A stretch of 64,000 nucleotides of DNA from Vairimorpha necatrix (GCA_036630325.1 CP142729.1:372001-436000); one strand, 5' to 3'. Numbered from the stretch's first letter, positions 10,223 to 22,969 are shown. Notes: generated from the letters alone by a model not told the origin. Program-made: numbers and translations.

Positions 10223-12535
10223 TTAAATCTTATTTTTTATAGCTTTTATCAAATCATATTGTATTTTATTTAAAAATTCTAATAAAACAAATATTAAATC
10301 TTTTTCGCTTATCAGTAATTGAAGTCTAAGCAACTTTTTTTGGCATAAAGGTTTAATGTTCGTTGGATTTTTCCTCTCATTCTCAGACAATATTTCTAAT
10401 ATCTCCATATATTCTCTATTTATATATATTCTTATTGATTCTTTTATTTTACGACATAAATATTTATAGAATCCTTTTAAATCATCATTTTTATCCTTTT
10501 TCAAAGGTTTAATATTTTCAATAGATATTTTTTCTAAAATCCCTTGAGCCAAAATAGAATATATGAATAATTTTTCGATCTTATTTATTTCCACATTTTG
10601 TAACCCATCATTGTCTTTGATCATTACGTCCTGATTATCAAAAATAGTTTCAATTCCCATATATAAAGCTTTATCTTTCATATAACTTGCTGCAAATATA
10701 AATATATCATGATTTATGTTGTCAAGAATAATTTTTATATCATATTTGAAATCAATTATATCATTCTTGGTCAAAGTAGAATCACTCATTTTTTGTTTAA
10801 TGTTGTTAATTATAGGTTCTAACAAAGCCAAAACGTATTTTTTGGAATTTTTATGCAATCTTTCGCTTAAAAATACACTTATTATTTTACTATTATTTAT
10901 TACTTCATTACTATTTAATCCTAAATTAAAAATAACATCATCTTTGTTAACGAATAACATATCTTCTAGATTATAACAAACGTTAGATTTGTTTTCTGCA
11001 AACAATGATGTCATTTTGATCAATTCCCCAGAAACAATTCTTTTATATTTTTCAATCCTGTTAAGACCATAAACTGTTATTCCTGACATTATTTTTGTTA
11101 AATCTATATTATTTTCTTTATAGAACATCTTAGGATTCATCGTAATCTTTAACCCCATTAAAAATTTTTTTTTGTTCATTTGGCTTCCTATTATTTTTAA
11201 AGTTCCAAATATACTGTCACATTTAAATTTATTTTCGTTTATAAACTTTTCGGCTTCTAATAATAAGCAAAATTTAATTAAATATTCTGCTGATAAGTTT
11301 TTTTGATATGTTTTTTCTATTACTATATTTATAAGCTCAGTTTTTCTAGTATCGCCTAATTCATCGCTCTCAATTATTTTTTTAAATTCGGCTTTATTTA
11401 TTATTTGCATATTCAACAAAAGATGTGCAAAAATTATACACAATGCTGTGTCTGTTTTATTTAATAGTCTTTCTAGAAGAAATTTTACTTTATCTTCAGT
11501 TTTCATTAACCTATAAAACATTTCAACACATAAATTATTTTCATATTTATTTTTCATTGTAGAAGAAAGTTTTTTAAAAAAATATTTAAACTCTGATAAA
11601 CATTTCTTGCTGATAATAATTCCATCGTTGAGATTAACAGAATTTGTCTCCAAAAAATATTTGTTCGAATCATAATCTTGTGTGAATTTTATCTTATCTT
11701 TATTTATCTCGATTTTAAATTTACTATCTAATATAATTTCTGTAAAACTGCAAGCTTCCATTTTAGGTTGAACGTAGTTTTGTAAATCATCAATATAAAC
11801 GTTCTTATATAATTCACAATAATATTTACTGATTTTTAAGTCAAAGTCATTGTCATATATCGTTGTTATTTCATGACTTAACGGGAATTTTTCTATATTA
11901 ATTTCTTTTATATCAATTTCAAATATATGATACATATCATATAAACATATAGAAAAAATTATAAATCGTGATTTGTTACGTTTTACGCATACCAAATTAA
12001 TATGTTGAAAATTTCGATCACCATAAGATATATTATTTTTTAAATTGAATAAAATATTTTCAATTAATATATTTTCTTCAATAATTTGTTCATAAACTAT
12101 ATCGTGTTTCACTCTAATTCCTTTTCTCAAAGTTTTCAAATGACTAATTATTTTACTATATAAAGGATGATAAATAGCTTGTAGTGGATTGTATATTATT
12201 ATTAAAGATTGCATATATATTTTTTCGTAATTTTCTAAAATTTTTTTTTCTAATTCTTCGATAATAGTCGTAGTAGATTTTTTAAAACAATTAACTTTCA
12301 GTTTTTTTATTAAATTTTCTTTCGGAAAAAAATTACGAGATAAAATTTCAAGATCCGAAATTAGCTCATTACTATCAGTATTAAACCATAATCTAAATAT
12401 TGTGCAAACGTTTTTATCAATTAAGTAATAGTCGTTGTTTTTTACTTTGTTTTTTATTACAGTATTAAGATTATTATATATCTTATAAAATCCTTGTATA
12501 AATTGGATAAGATTTAATACTTTAACAATTTTCAT
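10223..12535 (-). CDS. Orphan predicted secreted protein, ~770 aa, family L770 member 1
   Basis: Long ORF. The first ATG at 12535 is preceded by CCCCAA and gives MKIVKVLNLIQFIQG. Clear paralog of 32209-34515 and distant paralog of 52426-54732. Confidence 0.88.
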   Translation of the reverse strand: MKIVKVLNLIQFIQGFYKIYNNLNTVIKNKVKNNDYYLIDKNVCTIFRLWFNTDSNELISDLEILSRNFFPKENLIKKLKVNCFKKSTTTIIEELEKKILENYEKIYMQSLIIIYNPLQAIYHPLYSKIISHLKTLRKGIRVKHDIVYEQIIEENILIENILFNLKNNISYGDRNFQHINLVCVKRNKSRFIIFSICLYDMYHIFEIDIKEINIEKFPLSHEITTIYDNDFDLKISKYYCELYKNVYIDDLQNYVQPKMEACSFTEIILDSKFKIEINKDKIKFTQDYDSNKYFLETNSVNLNDGIIISKKCLSEFKYFFKKLSSTMKNKYENNLCVEMFYRLMKTEDKVKFLLERLLNKTDTALCIIFAHLLLNMQIINKAEFKKIIESDELGDTRKTELINIVIEKTYQKNLSAEYLIKFCLLLEAEKFINENKFKCDSIFGTLKIIGSQMNKKKFLMGLKITMNPKMFYKENNIDLTKIMSGITVYGLNRIEKYKRIVSGELIKMTSLFAENKSNVCYNLEDMLFVNKDDVIFNLGLNSNEVINNSKIISVFLSERLHKNSKKYVLALLEPIINNIKQKMSDSTLTKNDIIDFKYDIKIILDNINHDIFIFAASYMKDKALYMGIETIFDNQDVMIKDNDGLQNVEINKIEKLFIYSILAQGILEKISIENIKPLKKDKNDDLKGFYKYLCRKIKESIRIYINREYMEILEILSENERKNPTNIKPLCQKKLLRLQLLISEKDLIFVLLEFLNKIQYDLIKAIKNKI

Positions 12536-14146
12536 TTGGGGTAAAAAAAAGTACTTTGATATATTTATTTTATGATTGTTTAGCAATTTTTTCAGTTCAG
12601 TTATTAAACTCTTTTTAATTTTTAACTAATATTTTGTATTTGGGCGTCAACTGTCAAAATCGTTGCTAACAATGATGATTTTGTTATTTGATAGATGTCA
12701 TGTAAATAGTTGTACATTAAAAATTTTTATTTTCAAAGATCAAAATAATTATAAAGATTCAAAAATTGATCCAAACGTTTAATAATAATGAAAAGAGTTA
12801 AAATAAATTTATTTAATATTTTTTTAAGTACCAAAAAGCATAAGTTTTATTGTTAATTAAAATTATAGTTAATTTTGCAATGTTTATTTCTAAGAAAAAA
12901 TTTTTATAAAGTTTAAGAGATAGTAGAAATTAAATTTAAAAATTTTATATTAGTGCATACATTTTACGAAACCATGTTTTAAAAATCTAAATAAAATATT
13001 TAAAACTTCTTAGTATCATCAGAAAATCAAAAAAACCTTATAAAAATTTATTATAACATTAAGTATATTGATTTTATTATATTTGTTTTTGATATTAAAA
13101 ACATAATTTATAGATTAAAAATCAATTCAACATTGTTTTAAATTCTTTAACATATTTTTATTTCTACCAACAAAGTATTTTGTGTATAATTTGTAAATTT
13201 CTTTATTAAATTTAATTATAAAAACTAGTTTGCTATCTGATGTAAACAACTATGAAAAATTGTATAATCTTGTATTCACATTTATCTAAAATAACCTGAA
13301 ATAATACAATCGACGTGGTAGAACGATTCGAACAGAATTTTTCTCGTTTCATATCATATCTCCAACACAATTAAAGCCTGTCCTTAACACACAAACATAT
13401 AGCTAATTTTTGCGGCAGTTTATATTTTATAATTTGTTTTAATAATACCTTTGCAAATCTTAGAGTTAAACTTTACAGATTAAAAAATAAATGTCAACGT
13501 TTTTAATATCCTACACCATAAAGATAAATTAAAGTAAAAAATCAATCTTTTTTATGTTATTAATTAAAAACATACGCCCTTCTATGAAAAATCTGCATTT
13601 AATATTTAATTTAAATATGTCGATTTAAATATTTTACATTGAATACGTCATATGTAGAATTTTTTTTGAAAAAAGATAAACAGGTTTTAAATACCGTAGT
13701 AATATATTTTATTATTTCAATATCTATTTCATTTAAGTTGATTTAGAGGTAGTAACATTTATAATAAATATATATAATTCTTGATAAAATGTAAAAAACA
13801 ATCATCATTGACACACACAAACTTGATATGATTGGCCAATAATTTTTATTTTATGCTTGATGTCGACTAAATTTTTCTCTGTATAGAAAATCATTATGTC
13901 ATATGCATATTGGTACATAAATTCTTTTAAAATTTGTTTTGGTTAACATTTGTAAGTTTAAATCAAAGAAATCCGCATATTACTAAAAATAATAATCATG
14001 TTAAGCACACATGTTAAGGGATGCCAAAAAAAGATTTAAAAGTTGAGACATGAACGACTAGTCAAAAATATGTTATTTTTAGGAGATAATTGTCATGTTT
14101 TCGTTGGACATACCCATTTTAAGAATAATTTTCAAAATAGTTTTTA

Positions 14147-15013
14147 GGAGCATTTTCACTTTATCCCCCCCCCTTACCAATATAAATTGAGAATTTTTAA
14201 AAAATATCCCCTTTTTTCGAAATTCGAAGCGGAAAAAATGTGAAGGAGCAAAAGTCAAAAAAATAAAGTTGTAATAAAATAGCATATTTACCAAAAATAA
14301 AACAATTGTTTTTTCGTTTTTTTTTTTCAATTTTTTAAAAATTTCCTTCTTCCAATTATTGATCAAGATTTATCTTTATTGTACATTGCAATGTATAACA
14401 ACGAAATCTCTATATAAATAATATTTATAAGGTTCATTTGCTGTTATAAATGAATATTTTTCAAGAATTAAAGAATTTTCCAAACATGTAATATTTTACT
14501 TTTGGAGCTAAAATATAACATATCTTATTAAATTGACATTATATACGATTCAATAATTCTTTAAAGAGCATAAATATAACATAATTATTCTCTGTTTGTC
14601 TAGAAAAACCAATGAAAACCTAAAAAACAAGACTAATAAATATACTACCAAACTAAGAATAACCAAACCTAGAATCTGTTTTAAACAACATAAACTGTGT
14701 ATAAACATGTTTATCTTTGGCAAAAATTAAATGTAAAGACAAAAGAAAGCAATAGGTTAAAACATATTTTTACAAATTTAGACTTCTATTTAACTCATAG
14801 TTTATTAGAAAACATTATTAAATTGGTTTAAATAATATATTTTTTATAAATTATGTTCAAATTAAATATTTATAAGACCATTTTTTTACTTATGTAAATT
14901 TTTCTCTGTTCCTTTCCGCTCTGGACGCTTCGACTTTTGAAAAACAGGGCTAAAAATAAAAAATTCTGTATTTATATTGGTAAGGGGGGGGGGGGATAAA
15001 GTGAAAATTAGCC
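14147..15013. mobile_element. Degenerate Merlin-like TIR element (non-coding)
   Basis: Imperfect long inverted repeats ATTTTCACTTTATC(C)nTTACCAATATAAAT at ~14152 and ATTTATATTGGTAA(G)nATAAAGTGAAAATTAGCC ending at 15013. The right end matches the GGCTAA terminus of the other Merlins. No TSD and no convincing transposase. Confidence 0.6.
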
Positions 15014-15707
15014 ATAAACTGCATATATGTCGTACTTACAATGTAGTAACGAACATACAAATTCCATTTGTTTGTGTGACTAGTCTTGGCAGGCCGATTG
15101 AGATGCTACATGTCTTTGGACATATTTGACAGAAGTTATTTGTGACATCGGCCCCTGTGATGTAGTAATGTTAATCACAGTAATTTTTCGGAGATTAATT
15201 TTAGGATAAAACATTAAGTATAACAGTGCATTAAAGAATTAAAATTTCAAGAGCTAAAAACGCTACTGTAAGTAACGATAATTTTTAAAAGTTTGTATTT
15301 TGGGACATAGGATTAGAAAGAAGAAGCAAATTTTAAGATGCTAAGATGTTAGTGATCAAAGTATAATTGCAACTATTAGAAAAAAGCTAAATGAAAAATT
15401 TCAAATTTTCTTGAAATTTTTATTGCTACTGAAAGGAATGGAGCATCTATTAGTTTTTTAATATAGCAAACAAAGAAATATACAATAAATAAGATATTTT
15501 AAACATCAAGAGGACTTAAATTAAACAGTAATTCCGATTTCGCAAAGCAGAGCATTACGGATGTAAAAAGTAATGATTAAAATCATGAAGTGAGTATGAA
15601 GATATGGTAAGAAATTAAAGAAAAATGACAAATCTAAATTTAGAAAAATATGTTGAGAAAACACCTTAGGTTTTTAAACGAAGAAAGAAAATTCTGGGGA
15701 TATAAAA

Positions 15708-15756
15708 TGTGATATATTTGTATAATTTCTATTCCCCATTATGATAAATAAAGACA
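15708..15756 (+). repeat. 5' LTR of element B (49 bp)
   Basis: TGTGATATATTTGTATAATTTCTATTCCCCATTATGATAAATAAAGACA. Confidence 0.92.
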
Positions 15757-18500
15757 TGGGGCGATACCGAATCGTCAGTTTACAAGTGTGGACTGTGGTC
15801 TAGAGGCCAAAAAGTTATTAAAAAAAGTTAGAAGAATAATGTATAGGTTGGAGATGGAGGAAATAGAAATCAGTTTGTGGAAGCAGAGAATATTTATGGA
15901 AGGAAGTGAAGAAATAAAAAATTTCATGGTAGAAAGAATTAGTAAAGAGGACGAATATTATAAAATAATTGAGAAATTAGAGGAGGAAATATGTAGAGAA
16001 GAAAGAATTAAAAAAGAAGAAGAAAATAGGAGAGAACTTATGGAGGTCATAGCTGAGAATGTTAGAGAAACTGTGAGAAAAGAAATTCAAGAGAAAGATT
16101 TAGTTTTAAGGAATACAGTACAAGAAATAAGAAATAATAGGAATTGTTTTAATTGTGGTAAATTTGGCCATATGGCTAGGAACTGCTATGTAGGAAGGAA
16201 CAATAATCAGGAAAATAATAAAAAGTTTAATAAGTACTTAAATTTAGACGAAAACCAAAGTTGTAGTAGCAGTAATGATAATAAAGAATATAAACCAAGT
16301 GGAAAGACAAAACGAGTTAAGTTAAAGGAATGTAATAATAGTGATAGACACATAAAGAAAGAATATATGCGAGCAATAAAGAGACGAAAAGAAGATTACT
16401 GAAGAGGGAATTTACGTTGGAAGATCTCAAAGCGGAATATGAAGAAGTTTTTAAACAAGGAAATGAGGTTATAAGTTATTGTACATTAGAGAAGTGTAAG
16501 ATAGATACTCCAGAGGGTAAGAAGATAGTCAGAAAGGGACAGACGATCCCGCAGGCTTTGATCAAACAGACTGAGGAATATATTAATGATTTAGAAAATA
16601 GAAAAATTATAAGAAGATCGTCTTCGGAATGGCGAAACCCAATAAGAGCGATACTTAAACCAAGTGGTGAAGTAAGACTAGTTAGTAATTTTATAGGGTT
16701 GAATGATTTAGTCGAGAAAGACCCGTATGAGCTAACGAATATGAGAGAAATAATAAGAGCTACGCAAGGGTCGATAATATTTACTGTTGTTGATTGCAAA
16801 GAAGTATTTTACCATTTTGAAATCGAAGAAAAAGATAAACATAAGACGGCGTTTGAATTTAATAAAAAAGTTTACGAATGGAATAGTATGGTGATGGGAT
16901 ACAAAAATTCCCCACAGATACTACAGAGAACGATGAATATGATTTTTGAAGATTTGCGAGGAAATGGTGTTGAGGTATACATGGACGATATAGTAATACA
17001 TGCCAACAATAAACGTAAACACGATGAATTAGTAATAGAGGTTTTAGAAAGAATTAAGAGAAATAAAATGAAATTCAATATTGGGAAAATACAGTTTAGA
17101 CAAGCGGAAGTAAAATTATTAGGTGTGACGCTGAATGGAATAGACATGACGGCCGACGAAATAAAGAAAAATGAAGCCTTGGAGTATCCGGATCCAAAAA
17201 CTTTGACGGAATTGAGGAGGTTTCTAGGATTGACTGGATGGTTCAGACCATTTATAAAAGATTATGGCGGGCTGACGTTGAAAATGACAGATAGTTTGAA
17301 GAAAAATGGCAATTCGTGGAAATTTACGGAAGAGATGAAAGAGGAATTTACTAAAATGAAAAATGTGTTAAGAAATATGGGAAGACTAAGATTACCGGAC
17401 TATAATAAGGAGTTCATACTAAGAACAGACGCTAGCAATTTGAGATTGGGTGCGGTGTTACTTCAAAGAATGAGAATGGGGAATGGGTTGCTATACAATG
17501 GGCATCTAAAAAGCTAACTCCTACCGAAATAAGATATGGAATATCAGAAAAGGAAATGCTTGCGATATATTGGGGCATTGATAAATTTAAATACGAGTTA
17601 AGAGGTAGGAAATTCAAGATAGAAACGGATCACAAAGCACTGGTGGAGATGAGAAATAAACCGTTTTTCAATAATAACAGAATAAATCGCTTAATCTAGA
17701 AGATACAGGAATATGATTTTATCGTGGAATATAAAAAACCTGATGAGATGGTGGTAGCAGATGCGTTGAGTCGAATAAATATGGAAGAGGATATTAAAGA
17801 AATGAAAAATAAAGAGCGAACAATCAAGCAAACAGAAGGTAAATGGAAAGCACATGTTTCTTCCGAGAATGGAAAGCAATATTGGCAATTTGACTCAGGA
17901 CGTAAAGTTGAAATACCACCTGAGAATATAAGGAGACAATTAATCCAAGAATATCATGAAAAAGTAGGCCACAGATGCATGACAAGTGTTTATTATGCAA
18001 TGAGAGAAGAATACTATTGGCCAGGAGTAAAGAAAGAAATAACCGATGTTATAAAACAGTGTCAGAAATGTCAGATATATAACAGGAAAAATATGGGTGG
18101 TTGTGAATTTGTAGATACGTCGAGATACTTAGAGAAGGTTGCATTAGATTTGATAGACTTTAGAAATGAGAAGAAATATGTTTTAGTTGCTATCGATTAT
18201 TTTACACGTAGAGTATGGGGAGTAGTTATAAATAACAAGTCAAATAATAATGTTGTTGGATTTTTGAAAAGATTATGTGAGCAAGGGAAGAAACCAGAAG
18301 AAATTATTACAGATAACGGGAAAGAGTTAATTAACGTGGAATTTAGAAAATTTTGTAGAGATCTCGATATAATACACCGACAAGTAAGTATAGAAGCGCA
18401 TAGAAGTAACGGAAGAGTAGAGCGTGTTATAGGAACTTTGAGAGAAAGTATTTTAAAGTCGGATGCGAAAACTTTTGAGGGTAAAGTGTATAAAAGTATC
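15756..18500 (+). pseudogene. gag-RT-RNaseH-integrase pseudogene of element B (5' part)
   Basis: ORF fragments 15788-16402, 16417-17517 and 17724-18500 are colinear with the 1006-aa ORF at 28918-31938 and broken by frameshifts. Confidence 0.88.
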
Positions 18501-18711
18501 TGTTACCGGATATATCAGATCCGCTTGTTATAAGGCTGAAGTGCCTTCCCTAACATTATTGTTTGTTTGTTTGTTTACTGTCATCGCTTGTCATGTAAAC
18601 AAACAAACAAATAAAAGTATTTAAGGAAGACCCCTAAAATACGTATGCCAAATAAACAAGTTACTTCTAAAAGCAAGTCTTTTCCTTCCACCAGCTCCTT
18701 CGCTGGTAACA
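18501..18711 (+). repeat. 5' LTR of element C
   Basis: TGTTACC...GGTAACA terminal inverted ends, direct repeat of 22332-22542. Confidence 0.93.
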
Positions 18712-18749
18712 TTGGCGACAACGGGATTAAAACCAACACACTAGAAGCG

Positions 18750-21700
18750 ATGATGGAAAAACTGGGAGTTACAACTAGCAGAATGTTGTATTTTCAAGGA
18801 GAAATTGGGAAGGATGCCTTGATATGGCTAACCCAATTCAGTTACCTTGAAGGAGAGTGGAAGGATCAGAAGCTGATGAAGTACACGAAGAAGTACTTAA
18901 GAGATTCGGCTCTGCTATGGTACGAGGCTATGATTGAAGATGAGGTAGAAACTTACACAGACTTTAAACAGAGATTCCTTAACAAGTATGGGAAATGAAG
19001 AGCTCAGAGAAGGGAGCAACTCTGTAAAAACGTTCTATAAGAAACTGTATACTGGACCGAAGTCGCAGAACTTAGAAGACTTTGTTTACGAATTGATCAA
19101 GCTAAACAAAAAGGCTAAAATTGACGTTACTGAGATAATTGAAGAATTATCTAGGTACTTCCCACTATCATTAAAAGAAAGAGTGGAGGAAGCCACATCG
19201 TGGAATGATCTATTAAAGGTCTACAGCAACAACATAAAACTAATCGAGACAGTAAGAACAAGAAACGAAAACTCAAAGCAAAAGGAGAGGAGTTCCGAGT
19301 CTGATATGAAAAAGAAAACTAATAACACTAAGAGAAAGTTAGAATGTTACAAGTGTGGTGGAGAGCACCTATTTAGAGACTGCAAACACGAAGGAAAGAA
19401 AGTGTTGTCTATGAATGCAGTCCCGTCGTCCTCGGATAATAACTTTAATATAGTAGAAGGCTTACATCGAGGAGAGAGAGTAAAAATACTGTTTGATTCA
19501 GGAGCGTAAAATTCATTCATTAATCATGATCTTGCCAGAAGAGAAAAGCTCATACCCGTTCATGGAGTGAACCTAAGAGCTGCCTTTGCTAGCACTGAGA
19601 TCAGAAACTCAGTGGAGACTAAAATAAAAATTAATGATGATGACTACAGAACAGCGTTATTTGTAGTGGAAGACCTTGAAGGTGATATAATATTAGGGAG
19701 AGACTTTATGAAGAAACATAATGTTCAAATAGACTATGGAAGTCAGTCAGTTAAAATCGATAATAAAACTATTACGTGCTATAAACTTTTTAATTTAGAA
19801 AAGACACCGTCAAAGTTATCAAAACCTGATCTATCTTCGAATTATAATGTTCATAAATTGATTAATGACTACAAAAGGAAGCTGGAAACCGCAAAAGGAA
19901 AGAAAAAGTTAGTGGAACATAAAATCGAACTGAGTGAACGGAAGGTAATATGCAAGCGAAACTACCCACTGAGCCTCGATAAAAGAAAGTTTATCCAAGA
20001 GGAGGTTGAGAGGTTACTAAAGTCGAACGTGATAGAAGAAAGCACAAGCGTTTGGAATGCCCCAACGGTTGTCGCTCCGAAAAGAAATGGTGAATATAGG
20101 CTATGTATAGACTTTAGAGAGCTTAATGATATTACAGTGAAAGAATTATGTCAGCCACCGCTGATTGAAGAATGCTTAACATATCTAAGCGGTGCAAGAA
20201 TATTCTCTCAACTAGACCTAGAGAAGGGGTACTACCAGATACCAATGGAAGAGACATCTAAGAAGTACACATCGTTTATGACACCTTCAGGCAAATTCTA
20301 ATTTAAGAGAATGCCGTTTGGTCTCACTAATGCTCCAGCTACCTTTCAGAGCCTAATGTACAAGATATTCAGGAAACAGCTAAATAGGACCACAGTCGTT
20401 TATTTAGACGACACATTCGTATACTCAAAGACTATCGAGGAGCATTATGGGCACTTAAAAGAAGTATTAGAAATTCTAGCAGAGAACGGGCTTAAGGTAA
20501 ACTTTGATAAAAGCAACTTCATGACAAAGTGATATCAATATTTTGGGATACAGTATAAAATCCGGAAAGCTCACTCCAGATAAATCTCGTATGGGGCCTT
20601 TAGAAAAAGAATTTGAAATCAAGAATGTAAAACAATTACACTCTATAATCGGACTTCTGGGATTCTATCGGATGTTTATAAACAACTTTAGTAGAAAGGC
20701 GCTAGAAATACATCGAACAATAAACGAAAAGCTTCAAATTACAGAGAAAGTGCGGAATGACGTTGAATCATTGAGGAAAGAACTTATTTCCACGCCATGG
20801 TTGGCACTCCCAGACTTAACGCTGTCGTTTATCATTGAAGCAGATGCATCAGAAGAATGTATAGGAGGTGCTTTGAAACAGGTACAAGACGGAGAAGAAG
20901 TAACGATTCGTTGTGCTAGCCGAAAGCTTAATAAGCATGAAAAGAACTACACGACGCTGGAGAAAGAAGCCTTAGCTATAATATTTTGCGTAAAAACCTT
21001 TAAAATGTATCTGCACGCCGAGGTCCTGATAAGAAGCGACCACAACCCTCTACAGTGGCTGTATAAAGTTAAGAACCCCCAGGGCCTTAATTGCTCGATG
21101 GCTTATGTTCTTAAGCGATTTAAGATTCAAAATAGAATATAAGGAGGGAAAATCTCATACCCTTCCAGACTGCTTGTCAAGGGTTTACGCGTCGAGTATG
21201 GATATCGTAAGTTCCGACACGAAATTAACAAAAGACGATATGATTAGAGAAAATCATCATTACATAGGACACGGAGGTGCGGAGGCCACAATGCTCTTCT
21301 TAAAATCGCAGAACCTAGCTAATGATATCAGCCCTAAAGATATCAGGAGAGTAATAAACGGTTGTCAGACGTGTATAGAGCACAAGAAACCTAGGAAAAA
21401 GTTTGTAACCTTCCCCACAAAACTCGAGTCAGCCTTTAAAATGATTGGAATCGATTGTATAGGGCCTCTACCCAAATGTTCCTCCGGAAAAAGATTTATC
21501 ATCGTAGCAACGGACTACATGACTAAATGGGTAGAAGCCAAGGCGGTAAAACATAAGTCTGCGTTTGAAATAGCAAAATTTATTATTGAGGATATTTTCA
21601 GCCGGCATGGAACGGTAGACGTAATAAGGAGTGACCAAGGGCTAGAGTTCACAAATCAGATTGTTAGGAAGATCTCGGAACTCTTCGGCGCTCGGTTTAG

Positions 21701-22384
21701 ATATTCCAGTCCGTATCACCCCAATCCAATGGACTTGTAGAGAGGACCAATCAAAGCCTGATTGTAAAACTTGCAAAGGCGGTAACAGATTATCAAAATC
21801 AGTGGGATAGAATACTACCACTGATCCTTATGCAGTATAGGCTGTCCCCAATCGGTAAACTAAAGATGTCCCCCTTTGAAATGCTTTATGGGAGGAAAGG
21901 CGCATTGCCTAAGATAATCAAAGAACTTCCAAGTGACTTTGAAATGCTATTTATAGATCCAGCAGAATACCTCAATGAGCGTACTACAGTAACTAATGAG
22001 ATTAGAGAAGTTATATGTGATATTAATAATAGTGAGATTAAGAAGCATAAACGACAGATGAAAGGGAAACTGATTGCTGACGACGTAAAAGAAGGGTCTC
22101 TTGTCTTTATCAAAAACAGGAACATGTCTAGTAAACTAGACAAGAAATATATAGGACCGTATATCGTTTCAAAGAACAAGACTAAAGGCACTTATAAAGT
22201 AAAAAGCCTAGAGAATGGAATAGAACATCTTATAAATCGATGTGACTTCGTAGTGTATGAAAAAGACGAAAAAATGTTAGAAGATACTACCTCTTCCCTG
22301 GAAGTGAAGCCTTGTCTTAAGGAGGGGAGAGTGTTACCGGATATATCAGATCCGCTTGTTATAAGGCTGAAGTGCCTTCTCTAA
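18750..22384 (+). pseudogene. gag-pol pseudogene of element C
   Basis: Gag (YLRDSALLWY), CYKCGGEHLFRDC, protease LFDSGA + DIILGRDF, RT (YRLCIDFRELN, MPFGL, YLDD), RNase H (EADAS), integrase (DCIGP, SDQG, GPY). At least three in-frame stops and three frameshifts. Confidence 0.9.
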
Positions 22385-22542
22385 CATTATTGTTTGTTTG
22401 TTTGTTTACTGTCATCGCTTGTCATGTAAACAAACAAACAAATAAAAGTATTTAAGGAAGACCCCTAAAATACGTATGCCAAATAAACAAGTTACTTCTA
22501 AAAGCAAGTCTTCTCCCACCACCAGCTCCTTCGCTGGTAACA
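22332..22542 (+). repeat. 3' LTR of element C
   Basis: Direct repeat of 18501-18711 after the PPT. Confidence 0.93.
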
Positions 22543-22920
22543 GTATCGATATATATAATCAGAGCTATCATACAGGAATATAATGTACACCAATAGAAGC
22601 GACTGAAGATAAAACTGGAGACGTAATGCTTGAAAATAGCCCTATAGGGAAATATTGTAATAGGTTTGGAAAGGGAAAGATCGAAAAATTTAGTAAAGGT
22701 CAATTGGTAAGAATAGCTAAACGAGAAAATTTGGCAGGTGTTAATAAGTATGAAAAAGGAAGATTTTTGGATACAGGAAAAATTGTTGAAAAGTGTGGAA
22801 AGGACTCTTATATTGTAAAACTTAGTAATGGTAGGCTTGTGAAGAAGAGACATTATGATCTGAAGGGTATGCTTGGGGTAGATGTGAAAATTAGATGAGA
22901 CTAACCGTCTTGAGGGGGGA

Positions 22921-22969
22921 TGTGATATATTTGTATAATTTCTATCCCCCATTATGATAAATAAAGACA
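22921..22969 (+). repeat. 3' LTR of element B (49 bp)
   Basis: Direct repeat of 15708-15756 immediately after GAGGGGGGA and followed by TSD TAAAA. Confidence 0.92.

Larger units (their letters stand above)
18501..22542 (+). mobile_element. Ty3/gypsy element C (4042 bp, 211-bp LTRs) nested in the integrase of element B
   Basis: LTRs 18501-18711 and 22332-22542 (4 mismatches by eye). Perfect TSD GTATC (18496-18500 and 22543-22547), PBS-like TGGCGACAACGGG, PPT AAGGAGGGGAGAG. Confidence 0.95.
15708..22969 (+). mobile_element. Ty3/gypsy element B with 49-bp LTRs, no protease, frameshifted, hosting nested element C
   Basis: 49-bp LTRs at 15708-15756 and 22921-22969 (1 mismatch), TSD TAAAA, PBS-like TGGGGCGATACC, PPT GAGGGGGGA. 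Encodes short Gag + CFNCGKFGHMARNC, RT (VYMDD), RNase H (LRTDAS) and integrase (HHCC, LDL, TDNG, NGRVER), which resumes at 22548 after element C. Confidence 0.93.

Noticed and set aside
854-12535. Segmental duplication of a SINE - S300 - L770 cassette (vs 38976-54732)
   Set aside because: The SINE copies have unrelated flanks (own TSD vs inside a LINE), and intergenic DNA is not visibly homologous beyond the S300 promoter.
12536-12586. Upstream non-ATG starts in the ORF track (also 2451 and 34524)
   Set aside because: Eukaryotic context. The downstream ATGs have CCC motifs and expose signal peptides.
19495-19512. Programmed read-through at the TAA just after protease DSGA in element C
   Set aside because: The stop is inside the protease domain, and the element has several other stops and frameshifts. 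Ordinary decay.
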